A DNA stretch of 64,000 bases from the human T2T-CHM13v2.0 reference genome, Homo sapiens. The stretch lies in assembly GCF_009914755.1 (NCBI RefSeq), contig NC_060930.1; one strand, 5' to 3'. The notes under the pieces are model-generated. The model had not been told where the DNA came from. It did no database searches and was given only the letters and a program-made list of their open reading frames with translations. Below are positions 29,049-48,654 of this stretch, piece by piece (position 1 is the first letter of the stretch; each line of letters begins with the position of its first letter). The translations under genes and the position numbers were made by a program.

Positions 29049-29341
29049 TTTTTTTTTCGAGACAGAATCTCACTCTGTCACCCAGGCTGGAGTGCAATGG
29101 TGCGCTCTTGGCTCATTGCATCCTCCCCTCCCGGGTTCAAGCAACCCTCCTGTCTCAGCCTCCTGAGTAGCTGGGATTACAGGTGCCCACCACCACGCCT
29201 GGCTTTTTGTATTTTTGGTAGAGACAGAGTTTCGCCATGTCTGGTTTGGCCAAGCTGGTCTTGAACTCCTGACCTCAGATGATTCACCCATCTTGGCCTC
29301 CCAAAGTGCTGGGATTACAGGTGTGAGCCACCGTGCCCAGC
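29049..29341 (-). mobile_element. AluS (Sx/Sz-like)
   Basis: Poly-T, gagacagaatctcactctg...ctcctgacctcagatgat...gagccaccgtgcccagc. Confidence 0.9.
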
Positions 29342-30714
29342 AAGAATAAAAAAAAAAATTAATAATACACGAAATGACATGGAAATGAGAATAAACTTGG
29401 TTCATTTAAAGAACTCTGAAGAGTCTGGCCTGGTTAAAAAGAGTTATAATTTGGAAACATAGGTAAAAATCAAATCATGTGTATGGTGGTGGAGAACCAA
29501 TGATACTTTCTCAGTGAAGGAAAGTGCATCCAAACCACCTGTGGAATTTGTTAAGTTCTCAGGCTCTAAATCTACTAAATCTTGGAAGTTAAGACCTAAT
29601 AGTTAGAATTTAAACAAAACTCCGTGTATGTTCCTGAAGTGTTTGTGGAGAAGAGAAGTGGCTCTCCTTGAGTACCAAATGCCTTGGAAGAAATGTCTGG
29701 AAATGCATATCTAGATTTGGAGCTTAGGAGAGAGCTCTGGATGGAAGTGTGTAGAGTAGAGATTCTTTTGTGTAGAGTAGAGATTCTTTAGTGCATAGGT
29801 GTGATTAATGAGATTGCTCAGGGTATAAAGAAGAGGAGAGAGCCTAGACTGGATACTGGGGATCACTACTATTTAAAAAGTTGAATGGTTGAAGAAAGTC
29901 CACACTCCTGTATGGAAACTGAAAGAGTTTGATCATAGAGGAAGGATAAGAATGAGCAGAAAGTGGCATCACACAAAACACAGAAGAAGATATTCAAGGA
30001 GAGTTGTTAGGTCAAATAAAGTTGAAGGCAAATGGGTATATCTGGACTGCGCAGATCACTGGAGAGTTGAGTCTATGAGCAAGTGGCTATGGAGCATGGA
30101 TTACTGGGCTTTTATCCACAACTCAAATGTTAATGCATTTATGATTCACAATGGGAAAGAACAGATAGATGCTATAAAGTAAAAGGATTTCTAGGCAAAA
30201 CATGGCATTTTCAACATACAATACATAGAGTGCTCAAGCATGTAAAGACTAAGATTTTGGCATTTAGCTCATTGATAACTTTGGCAAGTAGAAGCCAGAT
30301 TTAATAGTACGAAAGTGAGCAAAAGATAAAGGGGAATTTGATATTGAAAATAAAGAGGATTACTGTTAAAGGGATAAAGTCAAAGGAAGGTGTGTGCATA
30401 TATTCTAAATTATGCGGAAGCCAATCTGTTTGCCAGGAAAAGAGAAGGAAAGGTTGCATCAGTAGCTCTTCCCTCTGCCTTTTTGAGGAACATGGGCCAG
30501 CAGCTTTTCTTTCCTCCTGCCTGTGTAAGGATGGGCCTCCCAAGGTACTATTCTGAGGCCACACATACCCCTCTCCATAATGAACAGACTCTTATCTCTT
30601 AGTATTATTAAGTCATTTCAGCACCACAGCTGTCTGCTTGACAATGTAATTTCTTAAAGGAGGTTTGTATAAAAGAAGCCCTTGGTAGGAAAAGTTGTGC
30701 GTTGCGTTGGATTC

Positions 30715-30900
30715 AGCCAGAGGATTAGAGTTTGAGCCTTTACTTAACACTTGACCTGGGACAAGGAACTTCACCCTGAGAGCGTCCTTCCTCACTGGGA
30801 TATATAGTCCACCTGTGCTGCCTGCCTCACAGGGACCTGAGAGAATGGAATGGCACTATAAGTGAGACAACATACTATCAAATGGGTAGTAGCATAAAAT
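30715..30900 (+). mobile_element. MIR SINE
   Basis: tgacctgggacaagg...ttcctcactgg...cctgcctcacaggg core. Confidence 0.5.
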
Positions 30901-31110
30901 CTTACATAAAATCATAAGGTGGTATTATATTATTATATTGTTCCTATAGGAAAACCACACATCGTTTATCATTTTGATTTTGACGTTCGTTACCTCTTTT
31001 CCAGAGACTTAATTGTTACCAAGCCAAAACCTAACTTTTTGGCTAGACCTGGATGCCACATTTATCAGTATTCAGTAAACTTTTGAGAAGATAGAAAGAA
31101 TTATGGTTTT

Positions 31111-31396
31111 AGCTGGGCATGGTGGCTCATGCCTGTAATCCCAGCACTTTGGGTGGCTGAGGTGGGAGGATCACTTGAGGTCAGGAGTATAAGACTGGTC
31201 GGTGCAACAGAGCAAGACCCCCATTTCTATAAAATTTTAAAGGTAGCCAGGTGTGGTGGCTCAGGCCTGTGGTCCTAGCTACTCAGGAGGCTGAGGTGGG
31301 AGGACCTCTTGAGCCCAGGAGTTTGAGGCTGCAGTGAGCTATGATTGTACTACTGCACTCCAGCCTGGGCAATAGTAAGACCCCATGTCAAAAAAG
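31111..31396 (+). mobile_element. AluJ
   Basis: ggaggatcacttgagg and cttgagcccaggagtttgaggctgcagtgagctatg. Degenerate TSD aaagaattatggttt / aaagatttatgattt. Confidence 0.88.
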
Positions 31397-31940
31397 ATTT
31401 ATGATTTAAAATAATGGAGGAAGAAAAAGTAAAATATTGGGAAATGGGGCTTCTGCTTTACCTTATAATGCACTGAAGCTGAAGGAGACTTAATGATGTT
31501 TCTAATGGGTATGAGGCATTATTTTACCAAAAGGAGTAGCTAGCTCTTTTCCATCTCCAAAAGTAAACTCTTTAAGAAATGTACTTAAATGGTAGTATGA
31601 GTGGCTGGTTAAATGGAAGAAAAAATATTTAGTCTACTAAAAAAAGTTTCTGTTAAACTTAAGAAATACCATGGTATAGGAGGTTGTAAAGCCTTTATTT
31701 GGGGGTGTCAGTGAACTGTGGTGGAATTTTAAATTAACATAAGATTTATCAGTTTGCTGTGATTGAGACAGATTCATAAGGGAGGAGATAAAGTAAATGC
31801 CCTTTGAACCTATTACTACTTTGAAATGCATTTCGTTGACCATATGCTCTGTACTCTGCCATGTTTTAATTTCCAGTGAAAGATTAGCATGCTTGTGTTT
31901 TCAGTTTTATTAAATTAGTTTCTCTCTTTTTTCCTTTCAG

Positions 31941-32074
31941 AGAGCATTAGGTAATCAAAAGTCCACAGTAGTTGAATTCAGCAATAAAGATGCCTCTGAA
32001 ATTAACAGTGAGCAAGATAAAGAAAATTCCTTAATCAAAAGTGAACCAAGAAGAATTAAAATATTTGATGGAGG
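31941..32074 (+). CDS. HIVEP1: HIVEP1 exon 5 ([13 protein letters not shown]...RRIKIFDGG), 134 bp, GC donor
   Basis: Acceptor tttttcctttcag|AGA. 44 codons plus 2 nt, ending GGAGG|gcaagt. In frame with exons 4 and 6. Confidence 0.93.
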
Positions 32075-32571
32075 GCAAGTACAAATTTTACTTCTTAAAT
32101 GTACATTTAAACTGACTTTTTAAATGTACATTTGCTTTCATGTGAATGAAGACTTAGTGCCAATTTAGTATCGATGTTGCAAGGTTTCTCAGCATATTAA
32201 CAGAATCTCCATAGCAAAATATGTTAACATTATGTTAAATCATTTTATTTTGATGGAGAAATGATGACTATTTGGGAAATACTGTACAACCTTGAAGGCA
32301 GCTAAAAACTAAATTATTAGAGTGAACCTTGGTTTTCACATTGATTTACAGTAAGGAATGACCTAGAGAATCTGCTCTCAGATGAATTCATTGCCCATTA
32401 GATATCTTTGTGTATTTTGTTGTGAACAAAAACATCATAAAAGCCAATTATAGTTATAGTAAAGCTCCAAAATATTTCAGTACTTAAAATTATTGTGGTT
32501 GAATTTAGCAAAGAAGAACAAATTTTAACCAATGACTTGGAAACAGGGAAGTATTTTAAAATTACATGCAG

Positions 32572-32736
32572 TAGTGCAGCGCAGTGGTGCGCGCCTGTAG
32601 TCCCAGCTGTTCGGGAGGCTGAGGCGGGAGGATCATGTGAGCCCGGGAGGTTGAGGCTTCATTGAGCTACAATCACACCACTGGGCTCCAGCCTGGGCAA
32701 TGGAGCAAGACTGTCTCTAAAAAAAAAACAAAACAA
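32572..32736 (+). mobile_element. Alu right monomer (FRAM/AluJ-like) in the GC-AG intron
   Basis: gtggtgcgcgcctgtagtcccagct...gagcccgggaggttgagg...poly-A. Confidence 0.8.
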
Positions 32737-32948
32737 AATATAATATTGCAAAAGTTTGTTTGATTAGAATTAGCTATATTAAGTGTTGATGTAAAAAGCT
32801 GGAATATTCTGTTACACATGCATAAAATTGTTATTGGTTGAGTATAAAAGTTGTGCCTTGTTTTATCTTTGGGTTGAATTTTAATCATCAATATTTTCTC
32901 AGAGGCATAGTGTCCAATCTCCCTATTCATTTTTTTTCTTTAAATTAG

Positions 32949-33124
32949 ATATAAGTCAAATGAAGAGTATGTATATGTCCGAGGCAGGGGAAGAGGAAAA
33001 TACATTTGTGAAGAATGTGGAATACGTTGTAAGAAACCTAGCATGTTAAAGAAACACATACGAACCCATACAGATGTCCGCCCCTACCACTGCACTTACT
33101 GTAACTTCTCCTTTAAGACTAAAG
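32949..33124 (+). CDS. HIVEP1: HIVEP1 exon 6: C2H2 finger 4 and first half of finger 5
   Basis: Acceptor ttttaaattag|A and donor AAAG|gtatga. Translates [58 protein letters not shown]. Confidence 0.96.
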
Positions 33125-33958
33125 GTATGAGATGCACATTGCTTCAAGGTCCTTTTAATATGTATTTAGGTGGGAAAGCTAAAACCCAACTGTGCGTTTT
33201 CTTTGACCGATGAAATAGCAGCTTAAATAGACTAATGTCAATTACATCTTGTCAATGTTGTAGTCTTATTACTTTATATGATTTTAGACCCATTGGGAAA
33301 AGTTTTTAATTGTACACTTTTAGAATAAATATATAATAAATATAATATTTTTAAAAGAGCAACTGCCCTTTTTAAAAAACTTAACTCCTTAAATTGCAGT
33401 TGTACAACATGATGACTAATATACCTTTTCAAGAATATTTAATTTGGGGCTGAAGAATAAAAAGAAATTTTCATGATCACAAGTAAATTCGCTGGGTGCT
33501 AAAAGATTGAAGAAAGATTTAAAATAATAACTACAGTAAACTTCTATAATAATTACACTTCTGTTTTATTGTCTGATTTTAGGAATACATAGCCATTTTT
33601 TTTCACAATGCTTTTTTTTACATAAATACTGTTAAATTTTAGCTTCAAAAATTTTCTATAGTTTCTATTAATGTTTATAAAGAAGTCTCAGAACTAATCA
33701 TTAAAATTATATTTAGGACCCTTTCTGGTTTTTTAAATATGTTTTTATTTATAAGCCTCACTCATAGTTAATTTTGCCCTGTACAAGTTTCTTGATACAT
33801 ATAATAGGTATACTACTTTAAATGTTTGCTTCCTCCGTCAGGCTCCTTATTCATGAACAATTTATTACTTGAGATTTTAATTTTATATGCCACTCTCTAA
33901 AAACCAAAGATCTCTCTTTAACAAAGCAAGGTAATCGTGAAAACATGTCTGAGAAAAC

Positions 33959-33961
<3 letters not shown>

Positions 33962-33991
<30 letters not shown>
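33962..33991 (+). repeat. Poly-A tract (about 30 nt)
   Basis: Seen directly. Confidence 0.9.
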
Positions 33992-33996
<5 letters not shown>

Positions 33997-35886
33997 TGAT
34001 TTTTAAAAATAGAAACAACTTTTATCCTTTGAGTTAACATTTACTTTTTTCTTATGCTGGTTGTCTTTGCAGTTTTTGTTTTAAAGATTGATCAACTTCT
34101 TAGCAAAATTTATTACATTTTTTGGCTAGTATTTATGGGCATTTAAAGAGAGTTATAACTTGTAACAACTACATGCTTCAAATTAGTACTCTTTAAGTGC
34201 CAGTGGTGTCTGAAACAAGAATGATGGAAAAACAAAATATTCTTCATATGGCTTTGAATATTTCAAAAAAGTTTCAAGAAATGAGAGAGGTTGGGAGGGA
34301 TACTCAGGATGCAGTTTTTTAATTGTGATGTAGAACCTCCCTCTGTCATTGGAGGGTGAGTTTAAGGATGATTTTCCTTCCTGGTCCTGAGGGAGGACTC
34401 TGATAGGGTAAAGTACTTTGGTCTTTTAACTGAATTTATTGCTTTTTCACTCATTTTGATCCTATGATTAAGAAACATCTATTAGCTTCCTTTATGAGAC
34501 AAGAAGCATATTTAGAAAGCTAATATTACTAATAAAAGATTATCATGTACAAAAGGATGTTATCAAATACAAGAAGATCAAGATACAATGGGAAATGGGT
34601 ATTTCTCAATAGAAAGAAGAAAAAGAATGAGGCTATTTAAAAAATAGTTATCAAGTAAGGGCAAAAAAGGAAGGACAACCTAGATGTGGTAAACCAAATG
34701 AAACTACAGAGATTTCTTGGCAAGGAAAAATATGATGAGTCACAAATATTAATCTTAGTGAAATTAACTCGAAGATTTTAGATAAATGTTAACTAAATGG
34801 TGGACAGTCCATAATGACCCCTGAAGAGTGAGCATTGCCTGTTAGCACTTTTCATGTCTTACACATCTCTAATATGCTGTATATCTGAATTTGCATTAAA
34901 TTTGTTGTTTTGTAAGATGTCATGTGGAATTATATGGTAAATATTTATTTGAAGGAGGCTATCCTTGCTAAGGAGACTGGTGAAGAAAATGTTAGAAATT
35001 CAGGATTTCCCTTTTCTTGGCATGACACTTCTCTTTTTTTTACGGTCAGCTTCCTTTTTGAAGTCTACTTTTTGTGAATCTATGTAAAACAGATTCCACA
35101 GCACCTTTTAAAGGTAGTTAAATAATAGTAGACCTTTTTTTGAATTATGCCCCAGATTTTCACCTTCTCTGATTTACTTGCTATACTAGCCAGTAGGACT
35201 CCACTTATTATTGAAAGTGTCGGGTTACTAACAGAAGGAAATAGTGATGTGATGGCATGCTGTATAAATATGGTATGCAAAGACAGCAAAACGCTCTCAG
35301 AAAAATGATCTGTAGAGCTAAAAATTGATGCTTCTGATGGTAATGCTTACAAATCCATAATTCATTATTTGCCCTCTGAGTTTATTTTGTGAGTACATTT
35401 TCAAAATAATTTTAATTGATTTGTTTTCATGATTCTACGTTAAAGGTCAGTCAGCAGAAAACATATAGAGAGCTTGTATCTCTGCAAGATTTAGTCTCAT
35501 TTATATCACAGAAAATTAGACTGCATGTAGCTCTAGGAGTCAAGAAACAAAACCTCTCATGCTTTCCAGAGGATTCAGATAAATGTTTATTAAATCTATC
35601 AGAAAAATTATTTATTAAATTAACACCAGGTTTATAAAATTGCTAGGAGATATTTGCATTTCAATATGGGCACACTTTCAATATTTTGTATATTGAAATG
35701 CAGATTTTTGTTTATTTTACATTAGGAAGTTGATTCATAATAAGTAATAGCTAAAGTTATGAGAAAATATGCTTACTAAAAACTTATATTTCTGAATTTG
35801 TCTAGTTACAATTATACATTAGTTTCTTAAAAAGTAAATAACCTGCAATGGCTGTCTATCTAGGGAGCAAAAACATTTTAAAAGAG

Positions 35887-36293
<407 letters not shown>

Positions 36294-37976
36294 TTATAAT
36301 TTCTTAATGTGAAAACTTTAAAGCTGTCACATAAAAGTAGAGATCTGTATAATGAACACCATTGTGTGCATAATCTTTTAATAATTGCTAAGATTTTGCC
36401 ATATTTGCTTCATATTTTTTTCAGTATATTTAATGTAAATATCAGAGATAGCCAAGTGTTAATCCAGGTGTTATCTCCAGAATCACAGAAGTCAGGGTTT
36501 GATGGACCTTAGCCATCATCTGGTCTCGGCATCCTCTTAAGCCTGACCTCCTTAAGTACTAAGCTCTGGGGTCCTGCGTGGTTGGCTGAGACAAGAATGT
36601 ACTATGTAGTGCAAGAATCAGCTTGTACAGGGATGACCAGTTTCACAGGCTTAGTGCATTTATCAGGAAATTGAATAGATATAGCTATTTTCCATGTGCT
36701 TCGGCTACTGCAAGCCCAAAATTTGGACCAATGATTCAGACATTTTGAGCTCTTCTAAAGACTTATTCTCAAATACTACTTTGCCTCTGCCCACTAAATT
36801 CAACATTTAGAGTTGTTTTTGTTTCTCAAAAAAGATGACTTGCCCTTGTTGGCAATGCTTTTGTGTATGGCATTATCCACTGGAGATGCTTGTTATCCTC
36901 AGAAGAATATGAGCTGTTTCCCCTGGATTCAGTGATCACTTGAGGCAGGTGTGCTAGTGGTTCTCAGCTAGCATGGTCATACTTAAAGAGGTCGATACAA
37001 CAGCTGCCAGAGGAAACACTCCTTTACTGGTACTATTTTGAGACTTATACTCTGTATGTGAAATGAAATTAATACAGGAAATGCTTTCTCTTATTCCAGA
37101 AATACTGTTTATAAAATTACAATGACCCAAAATAGTTTTTCATAGTCAAGCTTGAAACTTTAAAAGGTGAATTCCAAGGTACCAGAAAAAAGAAGCTCAA
37201 AGCTAACATGGTGAACAGATACTAACAAAAAAATTAAAAGGCCTTATGGGAATCGAGGCCAGATATATGCCTACAGGCTTACCTGTCCTGAGATAGCATC
37301 TGAGGTTCCTGAAATAAGCCTAGTCCTCCTGTCCAGTGACTTTGGGCCATGTGGGAAAAACCCTAACCGCTTAAAAGTAAAACCCTGTATCTATACCATG
37401 CAAAAACAAACAAAAAAACTGGCCCAGAGTCAGTTGTCTGAAGCCAATGAAACTGTTAAGGTCCCAGGCAGAAGCAATTGGAAAACTGCTTTATAGAGAT
37501 GTTTCTGCAACCCAGGGTACTTAGGATTCCATGGAAAACAATCTTGCTGAGGATAAACTTACAATTAAAAGTAAAAAGCATGCAAAGAAACAAATGAGAA
37601 AGAGCCAGCAGTCATAACAAGTGGAGAATTCACACTCCAAGAACTACAGATCATAGTGTAGTCTGAACGGGACTTTAAATTAAGTATGTATAAAATGTCC
37701 CAAGAAATAAATAAGGATTAGAGAATAGAAAACATAAGGTAAAGGAGATGTTATCAAAGTAGAGGAGGCAGATTTTAAAAAGAAAATATAAACTGATAAA
37801 TAACAAGGTATTAGAACATATAGATACCAAATTTTCTTTTGTTCACATTTTAGTCATTGGAGTTGTACGACCACAATCTGTACTTTTGCTTGAATAGGAA
37901 TGAAATTTGCCAGTGTTTACAAATGCAATAGCAAAATCATACTACTTAAGCTTAGTAAACATTCTTTTCCCTTAAG

Positions 37977-38078
37977 GAAATCTGACAAAACACATGAAGT
38001 CCAAGGCACATAGCAAGAAATGTGTGGATTTAGGCGTCTCAGTAGGTTTAATAGATGAACAGGATACAGAAGAATCAG
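37977..38078 (+). CDS. HIVEP1: HIVEP1 exon 7: second half of finger 5
   Basis: Acceptor cttttcccttaag|GA and donor TCAG|gtaagg. Translates [34 protein letters not shown], completing the finger started in exon 6. Confidence 0.95.
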
Positions 38079-38199
38079 GTAAGGCTTTATACCATATTTT
38101 TCATAAATGCTATTTATAATGTACAATTTTTTTGCTTCCATACCCTTTCCATTCCCACTGATTCTGCCTAATTCTGTTTTCATTACCTCTTATTTATAT

Positions 38200-38870
38200 G
38201 CAGTAGACTCCTAATTAGTTTTTCCATGTCTAGATTGTCCTCCTTCCTCCTTCCTATTCATCTATCCCCCACGATGTTCATCTTTCTGAAGCATGTGTCT
38301 GATCATACCTCTCCTCTGCTCAGAGGTTCTCATCGGTTCCCATCTGTCTAGAAAATAAAATGTGAACACTTGACCTTGATCAAAATCCTTTGTAATCTGC
38401 TGATTACCTACTTCTCTACCCTTCTCATTTCTCTCTTTTACCTACCCTCATGCTTGAATTTCCTGCCTACTTAACATTGATCGCTCTTCACCTTTACACC
38501 CCTCACTTAAAACCCCAGCCCTCACTCCCCACACAAACGTGGCTCCCAGTGCCCTGGTCAAAATCTCACTTTCCTTCAAGATCCAGCCAAGTCCACTGCT
38601 GTCATGAAGCCTTCTCTGATTTTCCTTTTCCACACCTCTTGCAGGAAACAATTCTTCCCTTCTCTGGACTCCTCTAGTATTTTACAATTTCCTCCCTGAA
38701 AGCATTTAATCCCCCTCTTGTTCTGAGATTATTCACGCACTCACCTGAGCTCCCACCACAGTGATTCAGCATGTCATGAGCAGAGCCAGTGAGTGCTTAA
38801 CGTGTGCTCACCAGAAGCACTTAGCGCAGTGCCTTGCACTGCTCAGCAGCTCCATATTTGTGGAATAAAG
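38200..38870 (+). mobile_element. L2 3' remnant
   Basis: tctttctgaagcatgtgtctgatcat, ccttcaagatccagc and the 3' end gcagtgccttgcac...atatttgtggaataaa. Confidence 0.6.
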
Positions 38871-40729
38871 CGTTTGTTTACTTCTCCAAAGTGTTTATTA
38901 TTCCGAAAAGGTTAAATGGCTGTTTTTTTTTAAAAGGTGTTAACAAATTTAAGTATTTATCTCTGACCAATTTTGAGGAAGAATAAACCTGTTCATGTGT
39001 TCTAACTCATCAGAGAATAGAAATATGTTTTTGTGAAACTTGTTTTTAACCCAAGGATTTATTGACAAAAGAAAAAAAAAATTGAAAAAGTATTCTGCTT
39101 TTTAAAATGCCCTGAATTAAACATTTACGTGCTTGCTATATTTTTCTTAACATGTATGAGTTTGGTCTAGAGAAAATTTCCAAAGAGAAAGTGATGAGGA
39201 CATCATTGAATATATAGGTAAAAATTCAAAGGCATTTAATCCCTGTAACACACGAAATGAATCAGCCTGAATTTACTTATAAATATACAAGAGAAATGAC
39301 TCACGTCTTCAGTGATACAGAGCAATTCAGTTGTAAAAAGCTAGGAAAAGTGGAAAAGTGTGTAAGAGTTTCAGCAAGTACGTTCATTACCCACTGACTA
39401 GAAAAGGGACAAGGTAAAGCTATTATTATAGTATATACTCATGTATATCTTCTTCAAGAAGATGAGTCTTATAAAAATTAATATGTCTGTAGAATTCTCT
39501 AAATTGTTAAGGGAAGGTAGTACTTATATCTTAAATTTGCATAGGAGAATTATAGTTTCTGTTAATTATCATGGATTGTTTACATTTGCTGACTGATTGA
39601 CCTACCTATGTATTTATTCATTGTTGTATTTTCATCTAATTCCAAAAGCATTTGAACCTGGTCTTAGATTATTACTCAAAGTTGATATCCTAATTCCCTA
39701 TTTAGATTAGAACTTCTGATAAACAGCGTAGTTTTACCTTTTTCCTTTCAGTTTACTTTTTTTTAAAACTACTGTATTTGTGGGTAGTGTGCTCAAAGTT
39801 TTTTTTTTTTACAGTGTTTGTCAAATAATAGTGAAGTAGAACACAGAGGTGGAGTTTTGCCAAGTGCTGTGTCATGCTGTGCTAGAGACCTAACATTCTG
39901 TGTTGCTACACCAGCAGAATTTATTCCTCTCCTTTTGCTTTATTATAGGCTTGCAGTGTAGGTTTAAATATAGTAAACAGTTGTTGTTTTAAACAAATGA
40001 TCTTGTTTTATTGTGCTTTTCTGTGCTTTTAAAACATATTTGGAGATTTTTTTACATACAAAAAAGTACAAAGTATTTTATTGTGTGTACTCATGTATTA
40101 ACAGCAGAGTTGATTATAAATATTTTCTCATATTTGCTTCACGTTCTTTTCACAAATTCAATATATTTTTTAAAAACCAGCTCAGCAAGGTTATTGCTGC
40201 TGAGGGGCAGCTTCCGTTACTCCCCACTCCTTGCCACTCTCCTGTCCCTCTCAGAGGAGCTCTCACTGCACTGGGGGTTTTCCTTTCAGTTCATTCAACG
40301 TACATGTATATATCTATGAATAGTATGTGATTTTATGTTTGTATTTTAAATTTGCATAAACAGTACCACTTTGTATGTAGATACCTAGATATTTGCTTTA
40401 TAATTTTACATTGTTCTCCAGAAGAGACTTTCCATTTCCTCACCTCTTTAATTATACCTAATATTGTTAGAATTTAAATTTTTGGCCAATTTGATGGATT
40501 TGTTTGTTGTCTTTCTGGTTTATTGATTACTAAGATTGGGTCTCATTATTCTTTAAAACAAACTTTTACTCCATTAAACTGATGATAGCTGGAGATGGGA
40601 TTTTGCTTAGCAATTCTGCACATGTCCCTGTTTGAGGGGACAAGTCAGAAGCCTGCAGCATGATGCTGTGTCTGGAGGGTGCACTGTTTCTAGCCTTCCA
40701 CTAGCCCAGAGTGGTACCAGCTGTTCCTT

Positions 40730-41528
40730 TTCAGTCTTCTGTGCTGGCTCCTCCTCACCTCCCCAGCCTCTCACATAGGCCCCAGGGCTGTGGCCTTTGA
40801 TCTCTTCTCTTCCTGTCTGTGCTCACTTTGTAGGTAGTCTCATCCGGTCTCCTGACTTCAGATACCATTTCTGTGCTGATGATGCCCCAGTTCATTCCAC
40901 ATGTGGGTATCATTCTGACTTACCCCACCAGTCTCTGCTGGGGTGTCTAATTAGCATCTCAGGTCTGATGTGTCCCAGATCCCTGGTTCACCCCTTACCT
41001 CTAAGCACACTTCCCCCATAGTCTTCCGCCATCCTTCCATCTGCTTGGCCAAAAATCTTGAAGTCATCCTTGATGCCCATCTTTCTCACGTGTTGCCTCT
41101 AATCTACCAGTAAAACCTTTTGGCTCTTCACTTCAAAATGTCTTCAGAATCCATCCACTTTTAATCACCTCCAGCACCCCACCCCAGCCACATCCTCTCT
41201 ACTAAATTGCTTCTGGAATAGCTCCTGATTGGTCTCTGTGGTTCTACCCTGTTCCTTTACAGACTATCTTCCACATAGCAGCCAAAGTGGCCTTGTAACA
41301 ATTGTGTCATTCCTTTGCTTAAAAGCCCCAGGGGTTTCCTGACTCATTTGGAGCACTGGTCAGGCACCCACCAGGAGCTCTGTCTTCCTCCTTACCATCT
41401 CCCTGAGGCTCAGCTCCCCAACCTTCCTCCCTCGCGTGCTCAGCTGCAGCCACACGGGTCTCCTGCCTCTTTCTTGAACACCCGCAGCAGGCCCCTGTCT
41501 CAGGGACTTTGCACTCCTTTCCTCTGTT
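40730..41528 (+). mobile_element. L2 fragment, left part (host of the full-length L1)
   Basis: aaaatcttgaagtcatccttga and ctcagggactttgcact. Continues after the L1 at 47737. Confidence 0.7.
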
Positions 41529-41542
41529 AAGAATGCCCTCTA

Positions 41543-47722
<6,180 letters not shown>

Positions 47723-47736
47723 AAGAACGCCCTCTA

Positions 47737-48085
47737 CCAGATACTGTGAGACTTACGCCACCCTGCCTTCAGCTCTCTAGCAGATGTCGTTTGATCAGTG
47801 GGGCCTTCCTGAATATAAATATATGTAATATAAATATATATAAAAACAAAAGGCACCTCACCCTCTTACTGCTAGCATCACTTACGCCCTTTATTCTGTT
47901 TTCTTTTTCCTCATAGCACTTAACCACCACCAGACACTTGTGTGCGTGTTTATTATCTATTTCTTCCAACTAGAAAATAAATTATATAAGGGCAAAGATG
48001 ATGTTTTGCTTGCTGCTGTATCTTCAGCTCCTTAGGATTGTGCCTGGCAAATAGTAGGTAATAAACAGTTGTTTATTGAATTACT
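47737..48085 (+). mobile_element. L2 fragment, right part and 3' end
   Basis: gtgcctggcaaatagtagg...gtttattgaat terminus. Confidence 0.7.
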
Positions 48086-48109
48086 AGAAAAAAATCTCTA
48101 AAATCTGTA

Positions 48110-48272
48110 GTCCTGCAGCATGTGAAGAAGGAATATTAGACTCTGCCTGCCTTTCTGAAAGTGACATATACTTAAGTGATGCTAATAGGATATGTAAGAA
48201 CATGCTTCATATGTTTGAGCCTTGATGATCTCTGACAGGAGAAATGGGGTAAACCTTTTTTTAAAAAGGACA
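48110..48272 (+). repeat. Local direct duplication A, copy 1
   Basis: About 90% identical by eye to 51310-51468 (about 15 substitutions, one 4-bp indel). Confidence 0.9.
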
Positions 48273-48351
48273 GTATAATCTGTTCTTGGCAGCAGCTTTC
48301 TATAATCTAGGAAATAATTCAATATTATTAATTTTCGAATTAGATATAGTC

Positions 48352-48654
48352 GGCCGGGTGCAGTGGCTCACACCTGTAATCCCAGCACTTTGGGAGGCCA
48401 AAGCAGGCGGATCATCTGAGGTCGGGAGTTCAAGACCAGCCTGACTAACATGGAGAAATCCTGTCTCAACTAAAAATATAAAAATTAGCCAGGCATGATG
48501 GCGCATGCCTGTAATCCCAGCTGTTTGGGAGGCTGAGGCAAGAGAATTGCTTGAACCTAGGAGGCGGAGATTGCGGTGAGCCGAGATGGTGCCATTGCAC
48601 TCCAGCCCGGGCAACAAGAGCTAAACTCCATCTCAAAAAAATAATAATAATAGT
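48352..48654 (+). mobile_element. AluSp
   Basis: gtcgggagttc, catggagaaa and tgcggtgagcc diagnostics. TSD AATTAGATATARTC at 48338-48351 and 48655-48668. Confidence 0.85.

Noticed and set aside
29748-29789. 21-bp perfect tandem duplication TGTGTAGAGTAGAGATTCTTT
   Set aside because: Ordinary slippage event in old repeat-derived intron sequence, with no functional clue.
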